Source: Clostridia bacterium
GTDB taxonomy: Bacteria > Bacillota > Clostridia > Christensenellales > Borkfalkiaceae
NCBI GenBank assembly: GCA_017473605.1
Contig: JAFUKM010000008.1
Coordinates: 26,881-90,880 of the forward strand
Length of the DNA: 64,000 nt
Direction of reading: 5' to 3'
The notes beneath the pieces were generated by a model, which did not search any database, had not been told where the DNA came from, and saw nothing but the letters and a program-made list of their open reading frames with translations. Position 1 is the first letter of the stretch. Every line of letters starts with the position of its first letter. Shown here in pieces: positions 36,359 to 45,413 of the stretch. The position numbers and the translations under genes are program-made.

Positions 36359-37168
36359 ATGAAAACGGGAATATCGACAGCGTCGCTGTTTTTGAGAAAA
36401 AATAACGAAGAAGCATTGCCTTTTTTAAGGGAAATCGGGGTATATACCGCCGAAGTTTTTCTCACGTCCTTTTCCGAGTACGGGCAACCGTTTGCCGATA
36501 CGCTCGTGAAGAACAAAGGGGCTTTGGGAATCAATTCCGTGCATATTCTCAATACCCAGTTCGAGCCGCAGCTTTTCAACGCGCACGAACGCGTGCGCGC
36601 GGACGCATATTATTGGTTGAATAAGGTCTTGCAAAGCGCAAAAGCGTTGGGCGCGCCGTATTATACCTTCCACGGCACGGCAAGGATAAAACGCGCGGCG
36701 CGTACGGGACAAAACGACGATTTTGGCAAGATGATAAGCAGCTTTCGGGATATTCTCGTCGCTTGCGAAAATTACGGCGTAAAATTGTGCTTGGAAAACG
36801 TGGAGTGGGCTACGTATAACCGTGTGGGCGTATTCGAAAGATTGAAAAAAGAACTCCCAGCCCTTGGCGGCGTGCTCGATATCAAACAGGCGAGAATTTC
36901 TGAATATCCCTATCAAGACTATCTTGCGGAAATGGGCGAACGGCTTGCGTACGTACACGTTTCCGATTGCGACGGGAACGGAAAAATGTGTTTGCCCGGG
37001 AAAGGCTCTTTCGATTTTGATACGCTGATAAACCGCTTACAAGATATCGGCTTCGACGGCGCGCTTCTTATCGAAGTGTACACCGATAATTACGACAAAG
37101 AAACGGAATTGAAAACGGCAATCGAATATTTGAACGAACGCCTGTATAAATATAATTGCTTGCATTAA
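36359..37168 (+). CDS. sugar phosphate isomerase/epimerase (xylose isomerase-like TIM barrel)
   Basis: Length and pattern (FHGT..., LENVEW, HVSD) are typical of the AP endonuclease 2 / TIM-barrel family. Confidence 0.75.
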   Translation: MKTGISTASLFLRKNNEEALPFLREIGVYTAEVFLTSFSEYGQPFADTLVKNKGALGINSVHILNTQFEPQLFNAHERVRADAYYWLNKVLQSAKALGAPYYTFHGTARIKRAARTGQNDDFGKMISSFRDILVACENYGVKLCLENVEWATYNRVGVFERLKKELPALGGVLDIKQARISEYPYQDYLAEMGERLAYVHVSDCDGNGKMCLPGKGSFDFDTLINRLQDIGFDGALLIEVYTDNYDKETELKTAIEYLNERLYKYNCLH

Positions 37169-37279
37169 AAATTTTTTCGCTTTTTTTGCATAAAACTATT
37201 GACAGGAATTAAAATTTATGCTATTTTATAAATAGGATTAAATCTTAATAAAGCTTTAAGAAAATAGGAGAATAAAAAG

Positions 37280-37633
37280 ATGTTGAAATTTTATCAATGC
37301 GAAAAATGCAAAAAAGTGATTATAACGAAAGACGAGTTAGCGCTTGACGGCTGGAAGGAATTGATTGCCTGTTCGACGGACGCGGCGAAGGAAAAGCACG
37401 TGCCTGTGGTTACGAAGAAATGTAAGCAAGTAAAGGTAGACGTAGGCAGCGTAGCGCACCCGATGACGCAGGAGCACCTTATCGAGTGGGTGGCGCTTGA
37501 AACGGAAAAGGGGTATCAAGTGAAACACCTTACGGCAGGGGAATCGCCCGTATGTAATTTCTCGCTTGTGGACGGAGATAAAGCGGTACGCGTGTACGCG
37601 TATTGCAATTTGCACGGGCTTTGGGCGGACTAA
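37280..37633 (+). CDS. dfx: superoxide reductase (desulfoferrodoxin-type)
   Basis: N-terminal CxxC, then KHVP, HPMTQEHLIEW and CNLHGLW iron-site motifs. Confidence 0.88.
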   Translation: MLKFYQCEKCKKVIITKDELALDGWKELIACSTDAAKEKHVPVVTKKCKQVKVDVGSVAHPMTQEHLIEWVALETEKGYQVKHLTAGESPVCNFSLVDGDKAVRVYAYCNLHGLWAD

Positions 37634-37750
37634 ACGGAGAAGTTTTTGCCCTGTCCGTGTCATTGCGAACGAAGTGAGGCAATCTTGTGAAATATACTTG
37701 TAATGACAAGGATAACGAAAGATAGAAAGATTTGGTGGCGGCTCGCCGCA
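37634..37750 (-). repeat. degenerate, inverted copy of the modular repeat (left module + 2 decayed units)
   Basis: The reverse complement reads GCGGCGAGCCGCCAC-CAAATCTTTCTATCTTTC..., as at 48353-48388. The hairpin ends 1 nt before the AAGGAG of the next gene. Confidence 0.75.
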
Positions 37751-37763
37751 AGGAGAAAACAGT

Positions 37764-38375
37764 ATGATTGAAAACGAAGCAATGTACAAAATTTCTTACG
37801 GGTTGTTCGTATTGACGACGACGGACGGGGAAAAGCAAAACGGCTGTATCGTCAACACCGTGTCGATGATTACCGACAATCCCAAACGGATAGTCGTTTT
37901 CGTCAATAAGTCGAATTATTCGGAAAGCTTGCTGAAAAAGACGGGGGTTTGCAACGTGTCCGTTTTGACGGAAAGCACGCCGTTCGACGTGTTCAAACAA
38001 TTCGGTTTTCAATCGGGGAAAGACGCGGATAAGTTCGCGGGGAAATCGTATCCCAAGACGGAAAACGGGTTGTATTATTTGCCCGAAGCGAACGCCGTGA
38101 TAAGCGCAAACGTGGTAGATAGCTACGATTACGGCACGCATACGCTGTTTGTGGCGGAAGTTACGGAAGCGAAGAAGCTTTCGAACGAAAAATCGACGAC
38201 GTACGAATATTATCAAAGCAATATCAAACCCAAACCCCAAGCCAAAGCGGAAGAAAACGCGAAAGAGAAATGGGTGTGCAAAGTGTGCGGTTATACACAC
38301 GAGGGGGAATTGCCCGAAGACTTTATTTGCCCTTGGTGTAAACACCCTGCAAGCGATTTCGAGAAAGTAAGCTAA
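37764..38375 (+). CDS. flavin reductase domain fused to rubredoxin (high-molecular-weight rubredoxin type)
   Basis: YGLFVLTT..NGCIVNTV flavin reductase fold. C-terminal WVCKVCGY...CPWC rubredoxin. Confidence 0.88.
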   Translation: MIENEAMYKISYGLFVLTTTDGEKQNGCIVNTVSMITDNPKRIVVFVNKSNYSESLLKKTGVCNVSVLTESTPFDVFKQFGFQSGKDADKFAGKSYPKTENGLYYLPEANAVISANVVDSYDYGTHTLFVAEVTEAKKLSNEKSTTYEYYQSNIKPKPQAKAEENAKEKWVCKVCGYTHEGELPEDFICPWCKHPASDFEKVS

Positions 38376-38464
38376 AAAACGACGCGCTTCGCGGTATTTT
38401 TTAAAAGGCAGGAAAAAACAGGAAAAATTTTCTCTAAAAAGCGTCAAAAACGCCGAAAAAAGAC

Positions 38465-38493
38465 TTGACATCGTTTTTTGAAATTGCTATAAT
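38465..38493 (+). promoter_or_regulatory. sigma-A type promoter of rpsU
   Basis: TTGACA, 17-nt spacer, TATAAT. Confidence 0.65.
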
Positions 38494-38537
38494 TACGGGG
38501 TAATGATTAAACGCATCGGCAAAGGATGGTGAAAACA

Positions 38538-38714
38538 ATGTCCACGGTAAAAGTAGGAGAAAACGAAAACGTTGAAAGCGCATTGAGACGTTTTAAGAGA
38601 AAGTGCTCCCGCGACGGTATCATCGGCGACCTTCGTAAAAAGGAATTCTATGAAAAACCTTCCGTAAAGAAAAAGAAGAAATCGGAAGCCGCTCGCAAGA
38701 GAAGCAGAAATTAA
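38538..38714 (+). CDS. rpsU: 30S ribosomal protein S21
   Basis: [20 protein letters not shown]...[22 protein letters not shown] 38538 is preferred. Confidence 0.92.
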   Translation: MSTVKVGENENVESALRRFKRKCSRDGIIGDLRKKEFYEKPSVKKKKKSEAARKRSRN

Positions 38715-38719
38715 CGAAC

Positions 38720-38750
38720 GAAAGAGCTCACAAGATTGTGGGCTCTTTTC
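38720..38750 (+). terminator. rho-independent terminator
   Basis: Stem AGAGCTCACA / TGTGGGCTCT followed by TTT. Confidence 0.65.
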
Positions 38751-38830
38751 ATTTACAAAAATGTCGAAACAGGGCAAACGCCGTCGGAATATTCCGTAAA
38801 AAAACAAGAAAAGTCGGGGAGGGGCTTACT

Positions 38831-39235
38831 ATGTCGAAAGATACGAATACACTCAAAGAAGAAGCCAGAAAAGCGAAATCGCGATTGAAAAAAGGTTTTT
38901 GGACGGATTGTAAAGAAAGTATGGACGAACGACTTGAAAAAGCGCGCGCTTTGGGCGTCAACGAGAGCAAAGCGGGACGGTATTTCGCCGAGCAAGTCAC
39001 CAAACAAATTTCGGGCGAAAAGGAAGACGGTTTTTATCTTCGGGTGAAGGAAATGCTGCTTTCGGACGGGGAAGTGAGCGACGCCATCGGACGGCTTACG
39101 GACAAGCCCTATTTCGACACGCTTTCCTATGAAGAGAAACAGCGGTATACCCTTTCTTTAAGCGAGCGCTATCTTCGCGCGTTGGAGCGTTTTAGAAGAG
39201 AGTGCGAATTTGAGAGCGTAGACAAAAAGGCGTAA
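38831..39235 (+). CDS. hypothetical protein (134 aa, charged, helical)
   Basis: ATG 38831 follows GGGGAGGGG. No recognisable domain. Confidence 0.55.
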   Translation: MSKDTNTLKEEARKAKSRLKKGFWTDCKESMDERLEKARALGVNESKAGRYFAEQVTKQISGEKEDGFYLRVKEMLLSDGEVSDAIGRLTDKPYFDTLSYEEKQRYTLSLSERYLRALERFRRECEFESVDKKA

Positions 39236-39345
39236 AAAAGTGAAGTTTGCTTCGCAAGTGAAGTTACTGCGTAGTGAAGTTTTGACTTTGTCAAAGTGAA
39301 GTTTTTTTGCGTAAACGCAAAAAAGTTGTGGCTAAAAAGACAACG
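39236..39345 (-). repeat. inverted AACTTCACT/hairpin array (4 exact units)
   Basis: AGTGAAGTT at 39239, 39257, 39273 and 39295. T7-GCGTAAACGC-A6 hairpin, then GTTGTGGCTA (compare the reverse complement of 50835-50842). Confidence 0.85.
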
Positions 39346-39433
39346 TGATTAGCGTTTTGGAGAGATTTTTATTGGATAATTGGAAAAACTCGATTTTTAT
39401 AAGTTGAGTTTTCTTTTATTTATGAAAAAGTGA

Positions 39434-39462
39434 TTGAAAAAATCAAAAAAGTGTGGTATACT
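39434..39462 (+). promoter_or_regulatory. sigma-A type promoter with extended -10, driving the candidate RNA
   Basis: TTGAAA, 17-nt spacer, TGG-TATACT. The predicted start is about 39469, which is the first base of stem P1. Confidence 0.6.
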
Positions 39463-39468
39463 GTAAAT

Positions 39469-39660
39469 GGCATACAATTTAATAATTTTTAGATGAGTAG
39501 ACAAAGGGAATATTATCCCCTTTTTATTGTCATACTCCCATTATGCGATTTGTTAAAAATGCAAATTCCAAATGGGAGTGTTTACTCATTTCTATTAAAT
39601 TGTATGCCAACAACGGAGTTTGCGTTTTTGGTGCGTTAACTTCGGTTGGCGCACTTTTTT
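39469..39660 (+). ncRNA. candidate structured RNA (about 190 nt), family not recognised
   Basis: P1 is a perfect 16 bp (39469-84 / 39593-608). P2 is 11 bp (39493-503 / 39579-89). There is a GGG/CCC hairpin (about 39503-22). P4 is 9 bp (39534-42 / 39571-79). The terminator is a 10-bp stem with a UUCG loop (39631-54) plus T6. Confidence 0.5.
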
Positions 39661-39697
39661 ATTGGCAAAATAAATATTGAGAAAAGGAGAAGAAAAT

Positions 39698-39850
39698 ATG
39701 TGTTTTTTGCGTAGAAAAAGACAAAAACAAGCGGAGATGGAAGAAGCTTTTCACGATTGGATTGAAGAACAAGACAGAGAAGAAAAAGAACGCGTATGGA
39801 AAAAGATACAGGAGAAAGAAAGAGAACGGCAAAAGGATAAAGAAAAGTAA
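39698..39850 (+). CDS. small highly charged protein (50 aa)
   Basis: AAAAGGAGAAG lies 7 nt before ATG 39698. MCFLRRKRQKQAEMEE...KERERQKDKEK*. Its own terminator follows. Confidence 0.4.
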   Translation: MCFLRRKRQKQAEMEEAFHDWIEEQDREEKERVWKKIQEKERERQKDKEK

Positions 39851-39874
39851 GGCGAAAACCTTACTTTTATTTTT
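39847..39874 (+). terminator. rho-independent terminator
   Basis: Stem GTAAGG / CCTTAC with loop CGAAAA, then TTTTATTTT. Confidence 0.65.
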
Positions 39875-39905
39875 GGGAAACGGGGCGTTGAATTTACGAA
39901 TATAC

Positions 39906-39934
39906 TTGCAAAAAAACGGGGGATATGCTATAAT
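39906..39934 (+). promoter_or_regulatory. sigma-A type promoter abutting the 132-aa ORF
   Basis: TTGCAA, 17-nt spacer, TATAAT. The -10 is only 9 nt from ATG 39944. Confidence 0.5.
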
Positions 39935-39946
39935 ATTTACGTTATG
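39929..39946 (+). repeat. 18-nt direct repeat, copy 1
   Basis: TATAATATTTACGTTATG, identical to 40381-40398. Confidence 0.95.
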
Positions 39947-40342
39947 AAACTCGTTGGCGTAAAGAAAAACATAATAGAAAAACTAAACGGCGTCAAAGTG
40001 GAAGAAGATGATTTATATAAATACGTTCAATCTCCTAATTGGATGAAAAATGCTACTCCAACGGAGATATTGTATTTTTTTACTGAATTAGAGCTTCCAA
40101 AATCTTGTTATGATAGCGTATATACTATTCCCCATGAAACAAAAAAGGAAATGTTATTTGATGAAAGTGTTTATTACCTGAAAAAGATTTTGATTTTTTT
40201 GGGCACGGAAGATGGGTTCCACGCAGATTATATATGTCCAGCATTTCCTGTTGATTTATCGTTGGAAGAACAACATGATATTATCACTAAATTATTGAAT
40301 AAAGAACAAAACGAAAGCTATGAAAAAAAGCGAAATGGATAA
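39944..40342 (+). CDS. hypothetical protein (132 aa) in an AT-rich insert
   Basis: Clean ORF with AT-rich codon usage unlike its neighbours. Its ATG belongs to the duplicated 18-mer. No recognisable domain. Confidence 0.5.
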   Translation: MKLVGVKKNIIEKLNGVKVEEDDLYKYVQSPNWMKNATPTEILYFFTELELPKSCYDSVYTIPHETKKEMLFDESVYYLKKILIFLGTEDGFHADYICPAFPVDLSLEEQHDIITKLLNKEQNESYEKKRNG

Positions 40343-40380
40343 TCGTTGTTTAACGGACTTATTCATTGCGAAAAATAAGG

Positions 40381-40398
40381 TATAATATTTACGTTATG
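40381..40398 (+). repeat. 18-nt direct repeat, copy 2 (contains the pcrA ATG)
   Basis: TATAATATTTACGTTATG. Confidence 0.95.
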
Positions 40399-42825
40399 GT
40401 ACTTATTGACGAAATTTTGGAAAAATTAAACGAAGAACAAATCAAACCCGTTTTGCAAACGGAAGGGGCGGTGCTCGTTTTGGCGGGGGCAGGTAGCGGT
40501 AAAACGCGCGTTTTGACTTCCCGTATCGCCTATCTTATCGAAGAAAAGGGCGTGCCTGCATCGGCTATCCTTGCAATCACGTTCACCAACAAGGCGGCGA
40601 AGGAAATGCAAGAACGCCTTTTCAAAATTACCGACGTGTCCCGTTCTTGGGTATGTACGATTCACAGTATGTGCGTGCGCATTTTGCGTATGTACGCCGA
40701 AGACGTGGGGATTAGCTCCAATTTCTCCATTTACAGCGAAACGGAACGCAACAATATCATCAAAAAGTCCTTTCAAGAGTGCGATTTCGACGACGAAAAA
40801 CTGTTGAAATCGGTAAAATTCCATATTGCCAATGCCAAAATGCTCGGCTTCGAGCCTGAACGCTACGCGGAAGAATACGCAGGCGAACACGATATCGAAG
40901 AAGTGGTAAAGGTATACAAACGCTATCAAAAGCACTTGCGGGAAAACAACGCGCTCGATTTCGACGATTTGCTCAACGAAACGCGTCTGCTTCTCCGCAG
41001 AAACGAAGACGCGAGAGAGTATCTCGGCGGTAAATTCCGCTATATTTTGGTGGACGAGTTCCAAGACACCAACGCGGTGCAATACGAGATTGTCAAACTG
41101 CTCGCTTCCGTGCACGGAAACCTGTTTGCCGTGGGCGACGACGACCAATCCATTTACGGTTGGCGCGGCGCGAAAATTGAAAACATTTTGCACTTTGAAA
41201 AGGATTTCAAGGGCGCAAAAGTGTTTAAGTTAGAGCGCAATTACCGTTCGACGAAGCATATTTTGAAGCTTGCGAATACCGTTATCAAGAACAACGGACG
41301 CAGAAAGGATAAGACGCTTTGGACGGAGAACGACGACGGGCAGGACGCCAAGGTGTACGAAGCGGAAGAAGAAAGCGGCGAAGCGCGCTATATCGCGCAT
41401 ACCATTGCGGGGCTTCTCCGTCAAGGGTATAAATATTCCGATTTCGCGGTGCTGATGCGGCTCAACGCCCTTACCCGTTCTTTCGAACAAGAGTTCACGG
41501 GGGACGGAATCCCCTATAAAGTGTTCGGGGGCTTTAAGTTCTTCGAGAGAAAAGAAATCAAGGACTTGCTTGCGTATTTGCGTTTAATCAACAACCCGTT
41601 CGACAGCGAAGCGGCAACGCGGATTATCAACTTTCCCAAGCGCGGTATCGGCGCGAAAACGGTGGAAACGCTGCAAAATTACGCGTTTGAAACGGAGCTT
41701 TCCGTATACGACGCGTTGCTCGATTTGGATATGCTCGGTTTTTCGGGCGCGACCAAACAAAAGCTCGTCGATTTTCGGGACTTGGTCAAGGGCTGGATTA
41801 TCGACAGCCAAGGTATGCCTGTCAACGAGCTTGTGAAGAAAATCGTTGCGGAAACGCGTATGCGCGAAGCGTACGCGGACGATTCGGACGAGAGTATCAA
41901 CAAACGCGCGAATATCGAAGAATTTATCCAATCGGTAGACGAATATTGCAAGCTCAACGAAGGGGCGAGTTTAACCGATTATCTTAACCAAGTAACCCTT
42001 TCTTCCGACACGGACGAAATGGACGACGGCAACTACGTAACGCTGGCTACGATTCACTCGGTGAAAGGGTTGGAGTTTAAGTGCGTATTCCTTTGCGGTA
42101 TGGAAGAGAACATTATGCCCGTATCGCGCGCGGTGGGCAACGACGAAGATATGGAAGAAGAACGCAGGCTTATGTACGTGGCGATTACCCGCGCCAAGGA
42201 AAGACTGTGGCTTACACGTTCCAAAAGCCGTTATTTATACGGCAGACGAGAGCCGTCTATGCGTTCCAGATTCTTAAAAGAACTTTCTTCCGAGCTGGAT
42301 ATGCCCAAAGAAACGCGCCGTTCGCCCTACGGGTACGACGGCTACGACGACCCCGAAAGCTACGGAAATTCCGCATACGGCGGGGGCAGGTATGCGATGG
42401 ACGACGATTATAGCGGCAGAAAAACGTCGTTTGGGGGCGGGTACGGCTCGTCCTACGGCAGTCCGTCTTACGGCAGGGATAGCAGTAGGCAAAATTCGGG
42501 GATTACCCGTAGCGTATGGAAAGGCAATACGTACGGCAATAGTTATAGTAGCGGCTACGGCGGAAGCAAGCCGCAAAGCGCGAGCGCGCAAAAGAGCAGT
42601 TCGTTCGTATTTGGCGGCGTAGGCAAGCCTATGGCAAAGCCCGTGGGGGCAGGCAAAGACCTGTCGGCGTTCAAAATGGGGGTTAAAGTCAGCCACCCGA
42701 AATTCGGCGTAGGCATGATTGTAAACGTGCGCGGTACGGGGGTAAACACCATTTTGGATATCGCGTTCGAAGGCTTGGGGATTAAACAGCTTTCCGCGAA
42801 TTTAGCGCCGCTTACCTTGGTGTAA
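40396..42825 (+). CDS. pcrA: ATP-dependent DNA helicase PcrA (UvrD family)
   Basis: AGAGSGKT, DEFQDTN, VTLATIHSVKGLEF, and a C-terminal Tudor-like domain (VSHPKFGVGMIV). ATG 40396 (MVLIDEILEKLNEEQ). Confidence 0.93.
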   Translation: MVLIDEILEKLNEEQIKPVLQTEGAVLVLAGAGSGKTRVLTSRIAYLIEEKGVPASAILAITFTNKAAKEMQERLFKITDVSRSWVCTIHSMCVRILRMYAEDVGISSNFSIYSETERNNIIKKSFQECDFDDEKLLKSVKFHIANAKMLGFEPERYAEEYAGEHDIEEVVKVYKRYQKHLRENNALDFDDLLNETRLLLRRNEDAREYLGGKFRYILVDEFQDTNAVQYEIVKLLASVHGNLFAVGDDDQSIYGWRGAKIENILHFEKDFKGAKVFKLERNYRSTKHILKLANTVIKNNGRRKDKTLWTENDDGQDAKVYEAEEESGEARYIAHTIAGLLRQGYKYSDFAVLMRLNALTRSFEQEFTGDGIPYKVFGGFKFFERKEIKDLLAYLRLINNPFDSEAATRIINFPKRGIGAKTVETLQNYAFETELSVYDALLDLDMLGFSGATKQKLVDFRDLVKGWIIDSQGMPVNELVKKIVAETRMREAYADDSDESINKRANIEEFIQSVDEYCKLNEGASLTDYLNQVTLSSDTDEMDDGNYVTLATIHSVKGLEFKCVFLCGMEENIMPVSRAVGNDEDMEEERRLMYVAITRAKERLWLTRSKSRYLYGRREPSMRSRFLKELSSELDMPKETRRSPYGYDGYDDPESYGNSAYGGGRYAMDDDYSGRKTSFGGGYGSSYGSPSYGRDSSRQNSGITRSVWKGNTYGNSYSSGYGGSKPQSASAQKSSSFVFGGVGKPMAKPVGAGKDLSAFKMGVKVSHPKFGVGMIVNVRGTGVNTILDIAFEGLGIKQLSANLAPLTLV

Positions 42826-42961
42826 TAATAGGCGAAACGCAGATAGCGCACCGTTTTATCCGCAAAAACGGAACTTGTCCTTGCTCGTTTACGCATTAGT
42901 AAACTCCCGTCGGACAAAACCGCGTATTTTGCGGCAAACCGCTACACTCTTTGCGTTTTAA

Positions 42962-44938
<1,977 letters not shown>

Positions 44939-44945
44939 AGATAAA

Positions 44946-44971
44946 AAAAGAGGGGTGTCCCTCTTTTTTTG
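44946..44971 (+). terminator. rho-independent terminator
   Basis: Stem AGAGGG / CCCTCT followed by T7. Confidence 0.75.
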
Positions 44972-44977
44972 TATAAG

Positions 44978-45006
44978 AAAACGCCTACGATTTCGTAGGC
45001 GTTTTA
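44978..45006 (-). terminator. terminator hairpin of the XRE gene (bidirectional)
   Basis: AAAACGCCTACGA / TCGTAGGCGTTTT. Confidence 0.7.
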
Positions 45007-45216
45007 CATTTCTTTTCTACCGATTAAATAATCGACGGATACGTCAAAATAGTCGGCTATTTTCCACAGCAAATTTAAATCAGGCTCGACCTTCCCTTGC
45101 TCTAAATAGGAAATTCGTCTTTGCGTAGTATTAAATACTTTGGCGAGCTGTTCTTGCGTGGCGCAAATTTCTTGTCGCAAACTTTTTAATCTTTCCGCGA
45201 ACTCGATTTTTTTCAT
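45004..45216 (-). CDS. XRE/Cro-C1 family HTH transcriptional regulator
   Basis: MKKIEFAERLKSLRQE..TQEQLAKVFNTTQRRISYLEQG. 70 aa from ATG 45216. Confidence 0.85.
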   Translation of the reverse strand: MKKIEFAERLKSLRQEICATQEQLAKVFNTTQRRISYLEQGKVEPDLNLLWKIADYFDVSVDYLIGRKEM

Positions 45217-45288
45217 AACATACCCCAAGAAAATATAAAATCTTATTTTCCAAAAAACTTATATTCTCAAATTTTCTCATCTCAAATA

Positions 45289-45340
45289 TAGACAAAAACA
45301 GTCTAAAATAGTTGACATAGACAAAAAATGTCTATATAAT
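45289..45340 (+). promoter_or_regulatory. two TAGAC-N7-GTCTA operators; the second fills the spacer of a consensus promoter
   Basis: Operators at 45289-45305 and 45318-45334. TTGACA (45312-17), a 17-nt spacer that equals operator 2, TATAAT (45335-40). Confidence 0.65.
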
Positions 45341-45413
45341 TATAGTCGACGGGTGTAATTTTGTTTTGGAACGGACGAAAGACATTTGTCAAGAAAGCAA
45401 AAAGGAGAAGGAA

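Noticed and set aside
37530-38471. 313-aa minus-strand ORF spanning the dfx end, the repeat element and the flavin reductase gene
   Set aside because: It runs through a non-coding repeat (translating it as KSFYLSLSL) and two sense genes. It is useful only as a cross-check of the repeat.
39493-39639. 48-codon ORF (MSRQREYYPLFIVILPLCDLL...) inside the candidate RNA
   Set aside because: It has no SD. Its ATG is buried in stem P2 and its stop lies inside the terminator stem. I keep it only as a low-probability alternative (type I toxin-like hydrophobic peptide) to be tested by Ribo-seq.
39762-39947. 61-aa ORF overlapping the 50-aa ORF and the 39906 promoter
   Set aside because: It is an alternative frame of Lys/Arg-rich AT-rich DNA, reads through a terminator and a promoter, and has no SD.
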